In this document: positions 61,958 to 64,000 of the stretch, piece after piece
How positions within the stretch are numbered: the stretch's first letter is position 1
How the letters are laid out: the number at the start of each line of letters is the position of its first letter
DNA from: a bacterium
Lineage (GTDB): Bacteria > Patescibacteriota > Saccharimonadia > Saccharimonadales > SZUA-47
NCBI GenBank assembly: GCA_030428125.1
Contig: JAUIBF010000001.1
Location: 78,102-142,101 of the forward strand
Length of the DNA stretch: 64,000 nt
Reading direction: 5' to 3'
The notes under the pieces: model-generated
The model's input: the letters and a program-made list of their open reading frames with translations, nothing else
Database searches by the model: none
Told to the model about the DNA's origin: nothing
Program-made: the position numbers and the translations under genes

Positions 61958-63481
61958 CTATAGGTCGTTTAAAACTTCAATTTGAGCACCAAGGCTATTC
62001 AGTCGTTCGGCCAAGTCCTCATACCCACGATTAATTGTATAGACATTTCTGAGCATGGATTTGCCAGGAGCCGCCAACATTCCAATCAAGAGCAGACTGG
62101 CAGGACGTAATGCGGGTGGACATACAAGGTCAGCCCTCGAAAACTTAGTTGGCCCAGTTACATAAACCCTATGTGGATCAGCAAGCTCTACATTAGCGCC
62201 GATTTTAGAAAGCTCCGTATAGTAAATAGCGCGATTCTCGTAGGTCCAGTCGTGTATCAACGTTCTGCCTTTTGCTAGTGCGCAAATCGGCACAAAATAA
62301 GGCAAATTGTCTTGATTGAGGCCTGGGTATACATTGGCATGAATTTTGTCATCCAATGAGACCAACTTTCCGTCGTGCTTGTGAATTGTCAGGTCAACCA
62401 AATCAGTAAAGCCATTTTCGGCTTTATATCTTTTTGTGGCAGTGTAAAGCACGCCCATTTTTTTGAGTTTTAGTAGCTCCAGAGCCATAAAATCTATAGG
62501 TACACGTTCGATAGTTATCTTAGAGTTAGTCGTGACAGCTACTGCAGTGAAAAACATAGCCTCAATCGGGTCTTCTGCAGGAGCATAAACCACATCTTTT
62601 CTGATTTCCTTATCTGTGCCCGTGATTGTCAAAGTCATTGTGCCGTTGCCTTCTACTTTAACTCCGAGCTTTTCTAGATAGCCACAAACATCCTGAACCA
62701 TGTAGTTAGCGCTTGCGAACTGGATAACAGTTTTTCCTGGAGCTTTAGCCGCAGCCATAGCAACATTTTCTGTTACAGTGTCGCCTGATTCATAAAGAAT
62801 TACATTTTCTGGTCGTTTTGGCGTGCTGTCCACACGATAGTACTTATTTTTTGCCTCGATCGATACGCCGAACTCTTCTAGTCCGTAGAGATGTGGTTTG
62901 ACGGTTCTTTCGCCGAGCTTACATCCTCCGGCATAAGGGATTTTAAATTCCGAGAATTCATGCATCAGCGGACCTATCATCATCAGTACGGATCGTGTTC
63001 TTCTAGCAGCCTTGGCGTCTAATTTTTCCAAGTTCAGTTTAGCTGGTCTTTTTATTTCTAGGTCGTTACCGGGAAGCCACCGTACTTTTACGCCAATGCT
63101 TTCTAAGACTTCAATAATTCTAAAAACTTCTTCAATTCTTGGGAAAGACTTGAAAGTAGTAGTTCCTTTGTTTAGTAAGCTTGCACAAAGCAAACCCACA
63201 GCAGCATTTTTGCTGGTCTTCAGTCTTATTTTTCCTGAAAGCTCATTTCCGCCTTCGATGCTTAAGTTAACACCTTGGTTGCCAACCGATATTAAGGGTT
63301 TTTGTAAGACGTCACTGATACGACTTAGCATGTCCAATGATACGTTCTGGCCACCTTTTTCTATTCTATTTACCGCAGACTGACTGGTTCCAAGTTTTTT
63401 AGCGAACTCCGACTGCGTCATTCCTCTTATTTGTCTGATTTCTGAAATTAGTGATCCAAGGCGTTCGTTAGTTTTGTTCAT
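61958..63481 (-). CDS. murA: XRE-type HTH domain fused to UDP-N-acetylglucosamine 1-carboxyvinyltransferase (MurA)
   Basis: N-terminal ~65 aa LISEIRQIRGMTQSEFAKKLGTSQSAVNRIEKGGQNVSL (Cro/C1 HTH). The remainder is MurA/EPSP-synthase fold: LSGKIRLKTSKNAAVGLLCASLL and the active-site loop YAGGCKLGERTVKPH. Confidence 0.85.
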   Translation of the reverse strand: MNKTNERLGSLISEIRQIRGMTQSEFAKKLGTSQSAVNRIEKGGQNVSLDMLSRISDVLQKPLISVGNQGVNLSIEGGNELSGKIRLKTSKNAAVGLLCASLLNKGTTTFKSFPRIEEVFRIIEVLESIGVKVRWLPGNDLEIKRPAKLNLEKLDAKAARRTRSVLMMIGPLMHEFSEFKIPYAGGCKLGERTVKPHLYGLEEFGVSIEAKNKYYRVDSTPKRPENVILYESGDTVTENVAMAAAKAPGKTVIQFASANYMVQDVCGYLEKLGVKVEGNGTMTLTITGTDKEIRKDVVYAPAEDPIEAMFFTAVAVTTNSKITIERVPIDFMALELLKLKKMGVLYTATKRYKAENGFTDLVDLTIHKHDGKLVSLDDKIHANVYPGLNQDNLPYFVPICALAKGRTLIHDWTYENRAIYYTELSKIGANVELADPHRVYVTGPTKFSRADLVCPPALRPASLLLIGMLAAPGKSMLRNVYTINRGYEDLAERLNSLGAQIEVLNDL

Positions 63482-63695
63482 TGCTAAAAAGTATTCTCCG
63501 ATTAACTTTACTGCTCAGCACAATATCTTACATAAACAAAAGCAGTTCGAATGTGCGAAGACAATTATATCACACATGGTATATTGTGTATTTTACCTGG
63601 CGCACTACACCACAGCTGGAGTACAATTGTATGCATGATTTAGTTGGGTGCATATCGCTAAAGAGAGGTAATAGTAATGAATTTAGGAGTTCGAT

Positions 63696-64000
63696 ATGTT
63701 TAAAGATAAAGAGATTGAAAAGTTAATTAAGGCAGAGCAGAAGCGTCAAGCTGACGGTTTAGAAATGATTCCCAGTGAGAATCACACATCAGAGCAAGTA
63801 CTTGCCGCTATGGGCACTCGTCTAAGCGATAAGTATTCTGAAGGTTATCCGGGAATGCGCTATTACGGAGGCTGTGAAGTTGTTGACAAAGTAGAGAATT
63901 TAGCTCGAGACCGAGCAAAAGAACTATTCGGAGTTACGCATGCAAATGTCCAGCCACACTCTGGCTCACCGGCAAATCAGGCTATCTACTATGCATTGGT
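63696..64000 (+). CDS. glyA: Serine hydroxymethyltransferase, 5' part (runs off the right edge)
   Basis: Manual translation from ATG 63696 (TAGGAG SD at 63684-63689): [64 protein letters not shown]...[10 protein letters not shown], the canonical SHMT N-terminus. Confidence 0.93.
   Translation, partial: MFKDKEIEKLIKAEQKRQADGLEMIPSENHTSEQVLAAMGTRLSDKYSEGYPGMRYYGGCEVVDKVENLARDRAKELFGVTHANVQPHSGSPANQAIYYAL

Noticed and set aside
63482-63695. Possible riboswitch or T-box upstream of glyA (contains CTGGCG, reminiscent of the ZTP motif)
   Set aside because: The second ZTP half (CCGCCTGGG-type pseudoknot strand) and the T-box specifier and T-box sequence are absent. Only weak short hairpins are present.
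1-64000. Search by eye for CRISPR arrays, IS elements, integrases, phage genes, restriction-modification or toxin-antitoxin pairs, DGR (RT plus TR/VR repeats) and rRNA
   Set aside because: No regularly spaced direct repeats, no transposase, integrase or reverse-transcriptase motifs, and no long near-identical DNA repeats were found. Repeats within P1 are diverged at the protein level only.

Overview
The window is densely coding and low in GC. Its gene content looks like a reduced, monoderm-style bacterium. It has a type IV pilus set without a secretin, a sortase with LPXTG-type substrates, VKOR plus CcdA, RNase Y, HrcA/CIRCE control, shortened housekeeping genes (TilS, TsaB, HrcA) and many leaderless-looking promoters. 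This fits a CPR/Patescibacteria (Saccharibacteria-like) genome best, but that is inference and cannot be verified here.

Housekeeping genes present:
- P-type ATPase, tilS, ftsH, murJ, lepA
- hrcA-grpE-dnaK-dnaJ, split by lineage-specific ORFs
- rimK, yebC-ruvC-ruvA...ruvB, recA-recX, tsaE-tsaB, rny
- an HTH-murA fusion, glyA (partial), and 6 tRNAs

Accessory highlights:
1. At 46.2-55.7 kb, a five-gene secreted or surface module. A 1712-aa lectin-rich giant protein and a 356-aa protein share a homologous C-terminal module of about 170 aa. Each is followed by a partner with a signal peptide, Ig-like region and C-terminal TM. A Big/PKD anchor protein completes the set. The layout resembles Firmicutes WxL/Csc clusters or a chaperone-type pilus. 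This is the best candidate for an undescribed system.
2. Immediately downstream, a leaderless operon encodes a small membrane protein and a membrane-anchored ClpB-like double AAA+ ATPase with a degenerate first ring.
3. Six lysine-poor orphan ORFs lie after ftsH and inside the CIRCE regulon.
4. A sortase sits next to a repeat-rich substrate with a non-canonical PDTG sorting signal.
5. Small repeated non-coding motifs: a three-copy structured 3' element, a motif shared by the tRNA promoters, and a 17-nt exact repeat.

No rRNA, CRISPR array, transposase, integrase or phage genes were seen.
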